From contig CAYYQL010000006.1 in NCBI GenBank assembly GCA_964473825.1, positions 8,903 to 72,902 of the forward strand: DNA of 64,000 bases, read 5' to 3'. The notes under the pieces were generated by a model that was given only the letters and a program-made list of their open reading frames with translations, did no database searches and was not told where the DNA came from. This DNA is from an uncultured archaeon (GTDB lineage: Archaea; Asgardarchaeota; Thorarchaeia; Thorarchaeales; Thorarchaeaceae). Shown in pieces: positions 54,169 to 62,290 of this stretch (within the stretch, counting starts at the first letter, position 1; every line of letters starts with the position of its first letter). The translations under genes and the position numbers were made by a program.

Positions 54169-54645
54169 ATGAGCGACGGTCTAGAAATAGGAACAGAAGC
54201 ACCAGACTTTACGCTCTTGGAGGCGCCTGGTGAATCAGTGACCCTGAGTGATGAACTCAAGAAGGGGCCTGTGGTACTTGCATTCTATCCAGCAGATTTC
54301 TCCTCAACCTGCCAAGAAGAACTCTGTAGACTCAGAGATGCACTTGCGGACTTCAACGAGCTCGGAGCAAATGTCCTAGGAGTGTCAGTGGACGGCATCT
54401 TCAGCCATATAGCCTTCAAGAAAGCAAACGATATACAATTCCCGTTATTGTCAGACTGGGAGAAGGAAACCATCCACAAGTATGATGTGGTCTATCCAGA
54501 CTTGGCAGGAATGAAAGATGTAGCGAAGCGATCCGTATTCGTCATCGATACGGACGGTACTGTTTTCTACAAGTGGGTAAGCGACGATCCGAGCAAACTG
54601 CCACCCATTGATGAAATCGAAGAGGCAGTACGCGACCTACAGTAG
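54169..54645 (+). CDS. Peroxiredoxin (AhpC/TSA family, Bcp/PrxQ-like)
   Basis: APDFTL....VTLSDELKKGPVVLAFYPADFSSTCQEELC has the peroxidatic Cys in the F-x-x-T/S-C context. Confidence 0.9.
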   Translation: MSDGLEIGTEAPDFTLLEAPGESVTLSDELKKGPVVLAFYPADFSSTCQEELCRLRDALADFNELGANVLGVSVDGIFSHIAFKKANDIQFPLLSDWEKETIHKYDVVYPDLAGMKDVAKRSVFVIDTDGTVFYKWVSDDPSKLPPIDEIEEAVRDLQ

Positions 54646-54719
54646 GTAGGTAATGTCCACTACCTCTATATCAGACTTAGAGCCGAAACGGGGATGCGGC
54701 CTCTCTCAGGCTCAGATTT

Positions 54720-54806
54720 GCCGTGATAGATTAGCCCGGGAGATCGCGCGGCTGAAGACTGCGTTATCGAGTGTTCAAATCGACCAGGATTTTCCCCCCT
54801 ATCGTG
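54720..54806 (+). pseudogene. Truncated 5' copy of the downstream tRNA-Phe gene (5' exon plus the first about 26 nt of the intron)
   Basis: GCCGTGATAGATTAGCCCGGGAGATCGCGCGGCTGAAGACTGCGTTATCGAGTGTTCAAATCGACCAGGATTTTCCCCCCTATCGTG aligns with 54899-54983 with a few substitutions or indels. No matching 3' T-stem or acceptor (CACTC-TCACGGC) follows. Confidence 0.6.
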
Positions 54807-54864
54807 GATAGATATCGTCCTGGTTTTGCATCAATGCCGAGAATGGTTGTGTTGACTACGCTAT

Positions 54865-54874
54865 CTTTATATTT
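54865..54874 (+). promoter_or_regulatory. TATA box for tRNA-Phe
   Basis: CTTTATATTT is centred about 29 nt upstream of tRNA position 1 (54899). Confidence 0.55.
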
Positions 54875-54898
54875 CGACAACCTCGGTAGTAGTTCTGA

Positions 54899-55004
54899 GC
54901 CGAGATAGATTAGCCCGGGAGATCGCGCGGCTGAAGACCGCGTTGTCGAGTGTTCAAATCGACCGGGGAATCCCCCCATCGTGAAACTCACTCTCTCGGC
55001 ACCA
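54899..55004 (+). tRNA. tRNA-Phe (anticodon GAA) with a 29-nt intron in the T-loop (after position 59/60), encoded CCA
   Basis: The fold was done by hand. The acceptor is GCCGAGA/TCTCGGC (7 Watson-Crick pairs). The D stem is GATT/GATC. The anticodon stem is CGCGG/CCGCG with loop CTGAAGA. The T stem GAGTG ... CACTC only forms if 54960-54988 (CGACCGGGGAATCCCCCCATCGTGAAACT) is removed. Confidence 0.8.
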
Positions 55005-55399
55005 CCTCCCTTTTCCTCGATACCGGGCCGAGGAGCATCTATCGAAGCTAGTTTCCGACCAAATGTCAACGACATATCCCTAGATGCTACCATGGCTCTG
55101 TGGGAGTGGTTGGCAACGGCGAAGCAACTCGAGCAGGTCAACATCCTCAGAGCCCTGCTCTTCCCAGAAGAAGCCGTGCAATCGGCTGCTTTCTGGATAA
55201 GGAAGCCAACAGATGAATCCAGCCAAGTTAGGCCAACAGTAGCGGTCAAAGAGAAAGGAGAGAGAATCTACAAGCGCAGGATTGAGTCAGTACTCGTGCC
55301 AGCCAATCAGACAGTTGGCAGTCCATCGACTAGTGATCAATTCTTGAAGTATTCTGAAAAGAAGAGGAAGGGAGGAAGATGCCCCCCAATCTTGTTGTT

Positions 55400-56494
55400 C
55401 TATTGGTTCTCACCCACGTCATCAGAAACGCTCACGTAGAGGTGCTCCTCTTGCTGTGAGTCACGCCTAATCTTCAGGCGCCTGTCTGAGATCCTTTTGC
55501 GCTCACCCCAGCGACCATGCCACCAGATACCCTTTTCCTCTTGAAGATAGATAGGGACCTTCACTGCAGCTGAGATGATCTTCCAGGTGTTGCTAATCAC
55601 GAGGATGAAGATGATGATGAACCAGCCAACATCAAAGGGAGTGATGGGCAGGTCCATAATGGTCTCGAGATAGGCTAGGCTGATGAGTTGCCAATGAGTT
55701 CCATCAAAGACCCAGACATAGTCCAGTGGCCAGCCGATGTTGATGAGAGCCATTGCAAGGACAATCCACACCGCACCGAGTACTGCCTCGAACACTAGGT
55801 TGAGATTGTTCTCTCCAGCATAGAAGAACATCGCTCCTTTGAGGGCGCCTACAAGCATTAGCATGGCTACAATGCTCACAACCGTACGGAACGGATCCGA
55901 GTAGAGGATGTATGTCTGAGGCAACAGCAGAATGACACCAAAGATGATGCCAAATATCACTTCACCCAGAGCGTCGGTCCTAGGTTTTATCTTGAAACCC
56001 TCGACACCAAGAGAGAGAACCTCTTCGAGAAAGGTCTTCTCGGTCACCGACTTGTCTTCGAATACCGTTATGACGACGACAATTACCACAACAATGGTGA
56101 AATTGACCACAATTATGGATAGGAGAGTAGACAGCGAGATTGGACTGAACAGAGAGGGGGTGAATACTCCCACAACATAGGCACCTGCGGCGAACGTAAT
56201 GATGATGCCCACAAATGCTACAATGAGGCGCATTACCGGCAGGAAGTATTCCCTAGGAATTGGACCCCTCTTGGCACCTGTTCCGGTGTACTCATTTGCA
56301 ACCGTCTTCGGGCCACCTAGACGTTCGATGGCCATCAGGGCAGAACCCTCTGTCATCGTGCCTTCGCCAATGTTCTCCGCTTCCTCAATGAGGTGCGTCC
56401 GTATCTCCATCAGGGTTTCCTCACTGTTCAGTGGGAGGTAGACCTTGACGCGCTCCAGATATTGATCTATAATCTTCAATGGGCCTCTAGTCAT
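55400..56494 (-). CDS. HAAS/DUF1700-type membrane protein, partner of PadR
   Basis: From the ATG at 56494, which shares one nucleotide with the PadR stop (TAATG), it reads LKIIDQYLERVKVYLPLNSEETLMEIRTHLIEEAENIG. This is the typical HAAS N-terminal helix pair. About 7 TM spans follow. Confidence 0.7.
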   Translation of the reverse strand: MTRGPLKIIDQYLERVKVYLPLNSEETLMEIRTHLIEEAENIGEGTMTEGSALMAIERLGGPKTVANEYTGTGAKRGPIPREYFLPVMRLIVAFVGIIITFAAGAYVVGVFTPSLFSPISLSTLLSIIVVNFTIVVVIVVVITVFEDKSVTEKTFLEEVLSLGVEGFKIKPRTDALGEVIFGIIFGVILLLPQTYILYSDPFRTVVSIVAMLMLVGALKGAMFFYAGENNLNLVFEAVLGAVWIVLAMALINIGWPLDYVWVFDGTHWQLISLAYLETIMDLPITPFDVGWFIIIFILVISNTWKIISAAVKVPIYLQEEKGIWWHGRWGERKRISDRRLKIRRDSQQEEHLYVSVSDDVGENQ

Positions 56495-56862
56495 TAGGTT
56501 GGAACCTCCGTGATTATCTCGTTCATCTCGTCGGTCAAGAGGGACCATATCTCGCTCATCTGTTTCAGAGCGCTTGCGCCCTGGTTACTGAGCACATAGT
56601 ATTTCTTTGGCTTAGCAGGGTCCTCATGGTCCCACTCTGAGGTCAACAGGTCCCGCTTCTCCATTCTCCGGAGAAGAGGATACACTGTTCCCTGCTCAAG
56701 GGACAGGAATTCAGTTCTGTCCTCGAGTTCCTTCACAATCTCGTAACCATAGGCGCGCCTCTTGCTGAGAAGAGCCAGAATGGCTAGAGATGCTGCACCG
56801 CGCCTGACTTCCTTGGCCCAGCGCTCAAGTTCTTTTTCGACGTTTTTTGATTGTTCGCTCAT
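56494..56862 (-). CDS. PadR-family winged-helix transcriptional regulator
   Basis: It has LAILALLSKRRAYGYEIVKELEDRT...LEQGTVYPLLRRMEKRDLLTSEW......KKYYVLSNQG. The ATG at 56862 is preceded by GGAGG, which I prefer over the GTG at 56895. Confidence 0.85.
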   Translation of the reverse strand: MSEQSKNVEKELERWAKEVRRGAASLAILALLSKRRAYGYEIVKELEDRTEFLSLEQGTVYPLLRRMEKRDLLTSEWDHEDPAKPKKYYVLSNQGASALKQMSEIWSLLTDEMNEIITEVPT

Positions 56863-56913
56863 TTTGTGTTCACAGCCTCCTATATTAGCTGGCACCTAGT
56901 GGTGTGTATAACT

Positions 56914-56928
56914 TGGTACTGTGTACCA
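56914..56928. promoter_or_regulatory. Perfect 6-3-6 palindrome TGGTAC-TGT-GTACCA in the padR/dut divergent intergenic region (candidate PadR operator)
   Basis: The inverted repeat is read directly. It lies about 52-66 nt upstream of the padR ATG, next to the AT-rich GTATATAAATATT (about 56951-56963). Confidence 0.4.
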
Positions 56929-57038
56929 CATAGTGCTATGTGATAGATGTATATAAATATTACTGAGTGAGCCGTCATACCTAGCGTATACGTTATGTTG
57001 AAGGAGAGGTTGGCAGAAATAGCAGAACAGAGCCGAGC

Positions 57039-57488
57039 GTGAAAGAAGTGGATGAGAGAGTAACGATCAAGGTGAAAAAACTCCACAAGGACGCACAAGT
57101 TCCAAAGGCTGCAAAGAGCGGCGATGTGGCTTTTGATCTCTATGCTGTTGAAGAGTATGAGTTGCAGCCTGGAGATCGAGGAGCAGTCCGCACGGGCCTT
57201 GCATTGGAGATTCCTCGAGGATACGAAGGCCAAGTACGACCACGAAGTGGGCTTGCTCTCAAGCATGGAATCACAGTGCTCAACAGCCCGGGAACCATCG
57301 ACTCAGGCTATCGGGGAGAAGTCAAGACCATCATGATCAATCATGGTACTGAATCCTTCAAGGTGGAGAAGGGTATGAGAATAAGCCAACTTGCCATTCG
57401 GCCTGTTCCGAGGGTGGAGATTGCGCTTGTGGATGAGCTGTCAGATTCAGAACGAGGGGACGGCGGATTCGGCAGTACGGGAGTCTAG
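57039..57488 (+). CDS. dut: dUTP diphosphatase (trimeric dUTPase)
   Basis: It has AFDLYA, RSGLALKHGI, NSPGTIDSGYRGEV and the C-terminal RGDGGFGSTG. Confidence 0.9.
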   Translation: MKEVDERVTIKVKKLHKDAQVPKAAKSGDVAFDLYAVEEYELQPGDRGAVRTGLALEIPRGYEGQVRPRSGLALKHGITVLNSPGTIDSGYRGEVKTIMINHGTESFKVEKGMRISQLAIRPVPRVEIALVDELSDSERGDGGFGSTGV

Positions 57489-57803
57489 CCGGTCGTCTTT
57501 CAGGACCCAGTTCGCGAAGATGGTTGTCATCACCGCAGCGGGAGGTACTATCAGAAGCATCTTCCGAGAGCCGCGCGTTATCCACAGACGCAGCTCATTC
57601 TCGCGGCAGGTCTCAATGAGGGCCACCACTGCAGGAAGTGTCCAGTCAGTTATGTCGAGTCGATTTGAGGCGAGTTCAGACTCAATAAGCTGTTTGAAGC
57701 GAAGAGCTGATCGGCAACTGACGCTTCGACCGAGCTTCTCAATCCGGGATATTGTATCGTAGTCTTCTGCTTCCAATACAGGGGCAGTTGTCATGTCTTC
57801 CAA
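57447..57803 (-). CDS. Hypothetical protein
   Basis: The 118-aa ORF has protein-like composition (DITDWTLPAVVALIETCRENELRLWITRGSRKMLLIVPP). Its 3' end overlaps the dut end by 42 nt. A same-region plus-strand ORF (57391-57762) looks less protein-like. Confidence 0.4.
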   Translation of the reverse strand: MEDMTTAPVLEAEDYDTISRIEKLGRSVSCRSALRFKQLIESELASNRLDITDWTLPAVVALIETCRENELRLWITRGSRKMLLIVPPAAVMTTIFANWVLKDDRLDSRTAESAVPSF

Positions 57804-57924
57804 TCTTGGTTATCAGTAATAAGGAACCCATTTTTCCGTTGAGCCATAAAATAATAGATAGGTCAAAACGTTTTTAATCGGCAGACGGCAGCAGGGAGAA
57901 TTGTCTGGGACAACTTCCAGAACT

Positions 57925-58032
57925 GGGCCGATAGTCTAGCCCGGCTATGATACCGCATTGACATAAGTCATTGATTTCCAATTTCTTTCAAAGGTGCGGT
58001 GGTCGCTGGTTCAAATCCGGCTCGGCCCACCA
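57925..58032 (+). tRNA. tRNA-Val (anticodon GAC) with a canonical 37/38 intron of about 30 nt, encoded CCA
   Basis: The acceptor is GGGCCGA/TCGGCCC. The anticodon stem is CCGCA/TGCGG with loop TTGACA, then an insert at about 57964-57993 in which GTCA pairs with the anticodon region. The T arm is GCTGG-TTCAAAT-CCGGC. Confidence 0.85.
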
Positions 58033-58042
58033 TCATTCTTCT

Positions 58043-58540
58043 TCATTGCATCTTCTTGCTTAGTCGGGACTCGGCTTGTTCAATAGGAAACACGTTCTCC
58101 TGGTTCTCACAGTCTCTGCAATCCGGATTCTTCCCGCAATTCCTCTCTGCCAGCCCCCTATTCACCAACACCTTTGCGAAGTCTGAGGATACTGTGTCCA
58201 AGTCTTTCTCAGCGAGATTCTGGATGCCTGAGTTGTGTTGCTCCACGAATGTGTTCACAATCCGCTGGGCTGTTGGAATGTGTTCCTCCACATTGTCGTC
58301 ATCCACTGCTACTGCAAAGATAAGCCCCTCTCGGAGTAACAGAATGAAGGTCAATGCGCCAAGATCAATCTGGTCTACGGATGAGGTGCTCAGCATCTGT
58401 GCAAACGTGTGAATGGCCCTGATCAGGCTGCTCACCATTCCTCCATCTTCACCCAGAGAGTGGCACTCACCGAAGTTGGCCGCGATTAGAGCCTGTCCCG
58501 AGTCATCGATGACAAACACGTTTCGAATCATATCTGACAC
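58043..58540 (-). CDS. Longin/roadblock-like (SNARE-like superfamily) domain protein with a Cys-containing C-terminal tail
   Basis: IRNVFVIDDSGQALIAANFG (beta-beta), MVSSLIRAIHTFAQML (alpha), VDQIDLGALTFILLLREGLIFAVAVDDD (beta-beta-beta) and IPTAQRIVNTFVEQH (alpha) follow the longin/roadblock secondary-structure order. The tail has CGKNPDCRDC. Confidence 0.5.
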   Translation of the reverse strand: MSDMIRNVFVIDDSGQALIAANFGECHSLGEDGGMVSSLIRAIHTFAQMLSTSSVDQIDLGALTFILLLREGLIFAVAVDDDNVEEHIPTAQRIVNTFVEQHNSGIQNLAEKDLDTVSSDFAKVLVNRGLAERNCGKNPDCRDCENQENVFPIEQAESRLSKKMQ

Positions 58541-58595
58541 TTCTTGATCTGAGAGGAGAGAACAGCATCTCGCTAGAACCTATAATCTCATTCGG

Positions 58596-59123
58596 TCAGA
58601 AGAACATTCCTGATCTCATGGGGTACTTCTCTCGAAAGACCTTCTCAGCCTTCAACTCAAGATTACGTCGAATGCTTGCGATATCTGGGCTGAGCGATGT
58701 CAGGTCAGGTCTAGTGAGGACTGGCCCACTAAGATAGTGTTTCGCCTTCTGTCGTCCCAAGTCTGAGGGATGGATTGGAGCTCTCTTGATGATCTCATCT
58801 ATCTTCGGGCGACTGATTTCGGGATTCTCTATCCCTCTAATTAGGTCTTCTAGATCGTTGTTCGTGAGTGATCTCAGTCCATATTCGGGAGTTGCCTTCA
58901 TACGCTCAATAGAGGGGCTCTCGCCATCAAGTTCCACGCCGGCTCCTGTGAATCGGCCAGGACCCAGGGGGATGAGGCGAAGCTGATAGGCAGATGTCGG
59001 TCCAACAACAAGCATATCGCCTACAGGGGTATGAAGCACGCGCCATCCTCTCGGGCGCTCGCTGTACTGCTCTAGGATACGAGGAATAACATCCTCCACG
59101 GGCTCCGCATCGGGCAATCTCAT
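58596..59123 (-). CDS. Hypothetical protein
   Basis: The 175-aa ORF lies co-directionally between the longin-like gene and 59246-59635. No motif was recognised and there is no P-loop. Confidence 0.5.
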   Translation of the reverse strand: MRLPDAEPVEDVIPRILEQYSERPRGWRVLHTPVGDMLVVGPTSAYQLRLIPLGPGRFTGAGVELDGESPSIERMKATPEYGLRSLTNNDLEDLIRGIENPEISRPKIDEIIKRAPIHPSDLGRQKAKHYLSGPVLTRPDLTSLSPDIASIRRNLELKAEKVFREKYPMRSGMFF

Positions 59124-59245
59124 TCAAGGATTCCTTTTCAGTGTATACTCATATTGGTATTGGTTCAGGTGAAGAATCGAACTGACTGGTGAAGCATCTC
59201 ATGTGTCAGGGCGAATCAAGACGTTTTGCATTGCATGTGCTAGGA

Positions 59246-59635
59246 CTATGGACGCATGGACAATGCTTTCCCGATGGGGGTATGTGTTTCTAGACTTCCC
59301 CGCATGAGCCTTACAGACCTGTGCAAGGTTTGGATTCCATCACGCATGAATGAGTCGATGTCGCATACAACATCCTCCCATGACCTCGATGGATCATTTA
59401 GATCCTGATGATCGATGATGTACTTGAAGGTGAGAGGCAGGCCATTCACTTCTACGCCAATGGCCATGAGTGTCACACGCCGGATTCGTTGTTGATCATC
59501 TAGGAAGGGACTCTGGAAATATTCCGGGTCATAGAGAACTACCGCAGCTCGATTGGCTGCCTCCATAAAGTCATCATAGTCTTCTAAGACAAGCGGAGGT
59601 ACGTAAACAGTTTCGCTGTTGCTCATTTTCTTCAC
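59246..59635 (-). CDS. Hypothetical protein
   Basis: 129-aa acidic ORF. No motif was recognised. Confidence 0.5.
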   Translation of the reverse strand: MKKMSNSETVYVPPLVLEDYDDFMEAANRAAVVLYDPEYFQSPFLDDQQRIRRVTLMAIGVEVNGLPLTFKYIIDHQDLNDPSRSWEDVVCDIDSFMRDGIQTLHRSVRLMRGSLETHTPIGKALSMRP

Positions 59636-59873
59636 CAGTCTGCTGTTCTGCCACTCCCCCCTACCCCTTCATTTCCGATGGAGGGGGAGGAGTAGGACCA
59701 GCCTTATCTGGGCCTCCCGGCCCGCTACTAACCATATAAACACAAATACATATAAACATATCTATTTAGTTTATAAATTAGCCGTTTATTTGATATTAAC
59801 GTTGCTTGGAACACGTGTTCTAAGTACTATTTGGCGCGGAATGGAAAGTGAATAGAATGCCGATATGGGGCCT

Positions 59874-60380
59874 TCAGAGGGTCTCGCATACTCGCCGGAT
59901 TTTGCGGATTTGTTCATGCTTGACATGCGCGAAGTACTGGAACAGACGGCTGATGACTTCAGACTTTGCACGGGCAGCGATTGATAAGAAGAAGGTATAG
60001 CCCTTGATCTCCTGCTTTAGAGCCTTGTTGCAGATGAATATCCTTGGGTCGGTCTCAACCCGCTTCAAATCGAAAGGGGTCTCATCAGGAGAACTCTCCT
60101 CATCGAACTGGACGGCTTTCTCCACTGCATCCAGTATTCCGGTCATGATCATGTCCTCAATCTCTTCTGCCAGGTTCTCCTCCGACTCTGCAAGCACCAT
60201 CAACAGGGCCTTTGTCTTTGGGTTTTCGACAGCATCTGCAGCATCCATATAGAACTTGTAATGATTGAGAGATGTTGCCAATGCAAGATTTAGCATGTGT
60301 TCAGCCTGACTCTTCGTACGACTCATCCTACGTTCACGCATCCATAGAATTCCATGGAGAAATGGGTTTCGGACAGACAC
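59874..60380 (-). CDS. Ferritin-like/rubrerythrin-fold four-helix protein (metal ligands apparently incomplete)
   Basis: There are two helix pairs with E-rich segments: KALLMVLAESEENLAEEIEDMI, and FFLSIAARAKSEVISRLFQYFAHVKHEQIRKI. The canonical E-x-x-H is not intact in the first pair. Confidence 0.35.
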   Translation of the reverse strand: MSVRNPFLHGILWMRERRMSRTKSQAEHMLNLALATSLNHYKFYMDAADAVENPKTKALLMVLAESEENLAEEIEDMIMTGILDAVEKAVQFDEESSPDETPFDLKRVETDPRIFICNKALKQEIKGYTFFLSIAARAKSEVISRLFQYFAHVKHEQIRKIRRVCETL

Positions 60381-60426
60381 CTTGGACTTGGAAAGAGTTC
60401 AGAATCACCCAATGAACGGCTTTGCC

Positions 60427-61167
60427 TCAAGAGTTCTGAAAACTCTCGGGGCTCTCGAGGTACTGCATCAACAGAGCATACTCGTCTCTATCCATGCTGT
60501 CCTCAAGGAGAGGTAGACCCTCATCAACAAAATCTATCACGGAATGGAGTCTGAGACCCTCTGACTCGGCGCGCTCTCTGGCCCCTTGTTGTCGGTCAAT
60601 GAGAACAACAATGTCGTCACACCTGACATCGCTCAACCCTCGTCGTTCCACCTCTCTGAGAACCTGCGAACGAGCAATCAGTTTGCTATTCATTCCCGTC
60701 ACCAAGTCGTCGACAAGGCAGAGTATGTCGCCATCTTCCAGTCGGCCCTCGAGAAGTCTGTGCTGACCATACTCGGATAACGCCGCTGCTAAATCAGCCT
60801 CACTCCTGACACCGGTCAGTTTCCGCGTATGACATGCAGGAAGCCCTGACTGTAAGGAGATTGCTGTTGCAATGGGGACACCTGCAAAGGCAATGCCCAC
60901 AAGCCTGTTGGCATGTGATACCTTTTCTTCTACCAAGAGCGCCATGGCCTCCGCAGCCTTCCTGAGCACACGGGGATAGGAGCTTATCAGTCGAAGTTGG
61001 ATATAGAATGGGCTCCAGAGTCCTGATATCAAGGTCCAGCCACTTGATTGATCGCGTTTCGAGGTGAGAAGCATTCCATTATCGTAGAGTCCTGTCATGA
61101 TCTCGCGCTTCAGCGATAGGGGGATAGTGGTATCAGCAACCATGAGTTCCACCTCGGAGGATATCAT
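60427..61167 (-). CDS. Type I phosphoribosyltransferase, orotate-PRTase-like, with a C-terminal extension
   Basis: It has SGLWSPFYIQLRLISSYP (OPRT-like SG..SP.Y.D.R) and a PRPP loop ILCLVDDLVTGMNSK. Confidence 0.65.
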   Translation of the reverse strand: MISSEVELMVADTTIPLSLKREIMTGLYDNGMLLTSKRDQSSGWTLISGLWSPFYIQLRLISSYPRVLRKAAEAMALLVEEKVSHANRLVGIAFAGVPIATAISLQSGLPACHTRKLTGVRSEADLAAALSEYGQHRLLEGRLEDGDILCLVDDLVTGMNSKLIARSQVLREVERRGLSDVRCDDIVVLIDRQQGARERAESEGLRLHSVIDFVDEGLPLLEDSMDRDEYALLMQYLESPESFQNS

Positions 61168-61240
61168 CTAGCCATCTCTTAACTGTGCTCCTACCAGTGC
61201 GAGTTCGAAGACTCATATATGCAGATGCGAACAAAGATGT

Positions 61241-62290
61241 ATGGAAGATGCAGAGATAGTCGACTGGTTGCTAGAGGAGGGAGGGGCATCAGTACATTTC
61301 AGAACACTGGTCGATTTGGTCAGACATAACGACATGCTGAAAGTGAGCTGTGCTCTTGATGACCTCATCAACAGCCCACTGGTTAAGCTTTGGTTGAGTA
61401 GGCTCGGAGAGGGCCTGTCATTCAAATCCCTCCATTCTGGCAGACCTGATGCTTTTGAGAATACAGTCGGGAAGCTAGTGCAGCTTGGAATGAGAGCCGG
61501 CCTTCAGCCGTTTGACAATCTGACCTTGAAGTATCGGGCCTGGCTCACTGATAACCTGTCTGGCAATGAAAGGAGAGTTGGACCCTTCAAGCGCCTTATC
61601 CTAGCCTCATTCCTCAGTTACGCGGGATATCATGACACGACCACAGTGAATGGTCTACTCCAATGCAGACTGAACACCGTTCACAGGTTCGCGACACAAG
61701 GAGACCTGTCGAACATCTATGCGTCACCGGAGAGGCAGAGACAGGTACCTGGCAGTTACTCTTCCCATAGATTGATCCGAGCAGGATTGAGGGGGAAACA
61801 CGGGCTAGCGCTACCTTACGTCCACGACCTTCTTGGTTTCGGTAGTTCACAGCAGTTGCTTAGAAACCCTGTTCAAAGAGTGAAGCTGGGACAGATTCTT
61901 GACATGATCATGAGTGACGAATATCAGTCGCTCCCACGTGGTTACGGAGTCATGGAGACAGCAGGGATATATCGCGTCATTGGATGGAGCATTCATCTAC
62001 CGGAGCTGGTTGCAGAGAGGGGAGCAGAAATGCTGATGATGATGGAGCTCCTTGCGCCTTTTGAACGAGGCAGAGAAAGCGTATGGTTCAAGGATGCCTG
62101 GCATATACTCGAAATGCAAAAAACGGAACGGGACACCTACCGATTCCCAACGCATTGGTTGAGAGATCAATCTAGTGGCTATTGGATAAACGGTGCATAC
62201 ATGGCCTTGGGGCGTAGACGAACGAATCCGATAATCGAACAAGAGTCAACCTTCAGGGTTCTGTGGTTGAAACACTTGATGACTCGTTAG
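61241..62290 (+). CDS. Hypothetical protein (mainly helical)
   Basis: 349-aa ORF. The N-terminal IVDWLLEEGGASVHF is faintly prenyltransferase/alpha-toroid-like. No secure assignment was made. Confidence 0.45.
   Translation: MEDAEIVDWLLEEGGASVHFRTLVDLVRHNDMLKVSCALDDLINSPLVKLWLSRLGEGLSFKSLHSGRPDAFENTVGKLVQLGMRAGLQPFDNLTLKYRAWLTDNLSGNERRVGPFKRLILASFLSYAGYHDTTTVNGLLQCRLNTVHRFATQGDLSNIYASPERQRQVPGSYSSHRLIRAGLRGKHGLALPYVHDLLGFGSSQQLLRNPVQRVKLGQILDMIMSDEYQSLPRGYGVMETAGIYRVIGWSIHLPELVAERGAEMLMMMELLAPFERGRESVWFKDAWHILEMQKTERDTYRFPTHWLRDQSSGYWINGAYMALGRRRTNPIIEQESTFRVLWLKHLMTR

Noticed and set aside
54720-54806. The upstream tRNA-Phe fragment could be a functional split-tRNA 5' half.
   Set aside because: I found no complementary 3' half (CACTC-TCACGGC-A) in the parts of the window I could scan, and there is no obvious promoter. 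I treat it as a pseudogene or duplication scar pending a genome-wide search.
54764-55439. ORFs 54764-55249 (-) and 54981-55439 (+) span the tRNA-Phe locus.
   Set aside because: Both overlap the well-folded tRNA-Phe gene or its promoter. A shorter internal version starting at 55092 (MALWEWLATAKQ...) cannot be excluded, but it has no recognisable motif and would overlap the HAAS gene end. The evidence is insufficient to call it.
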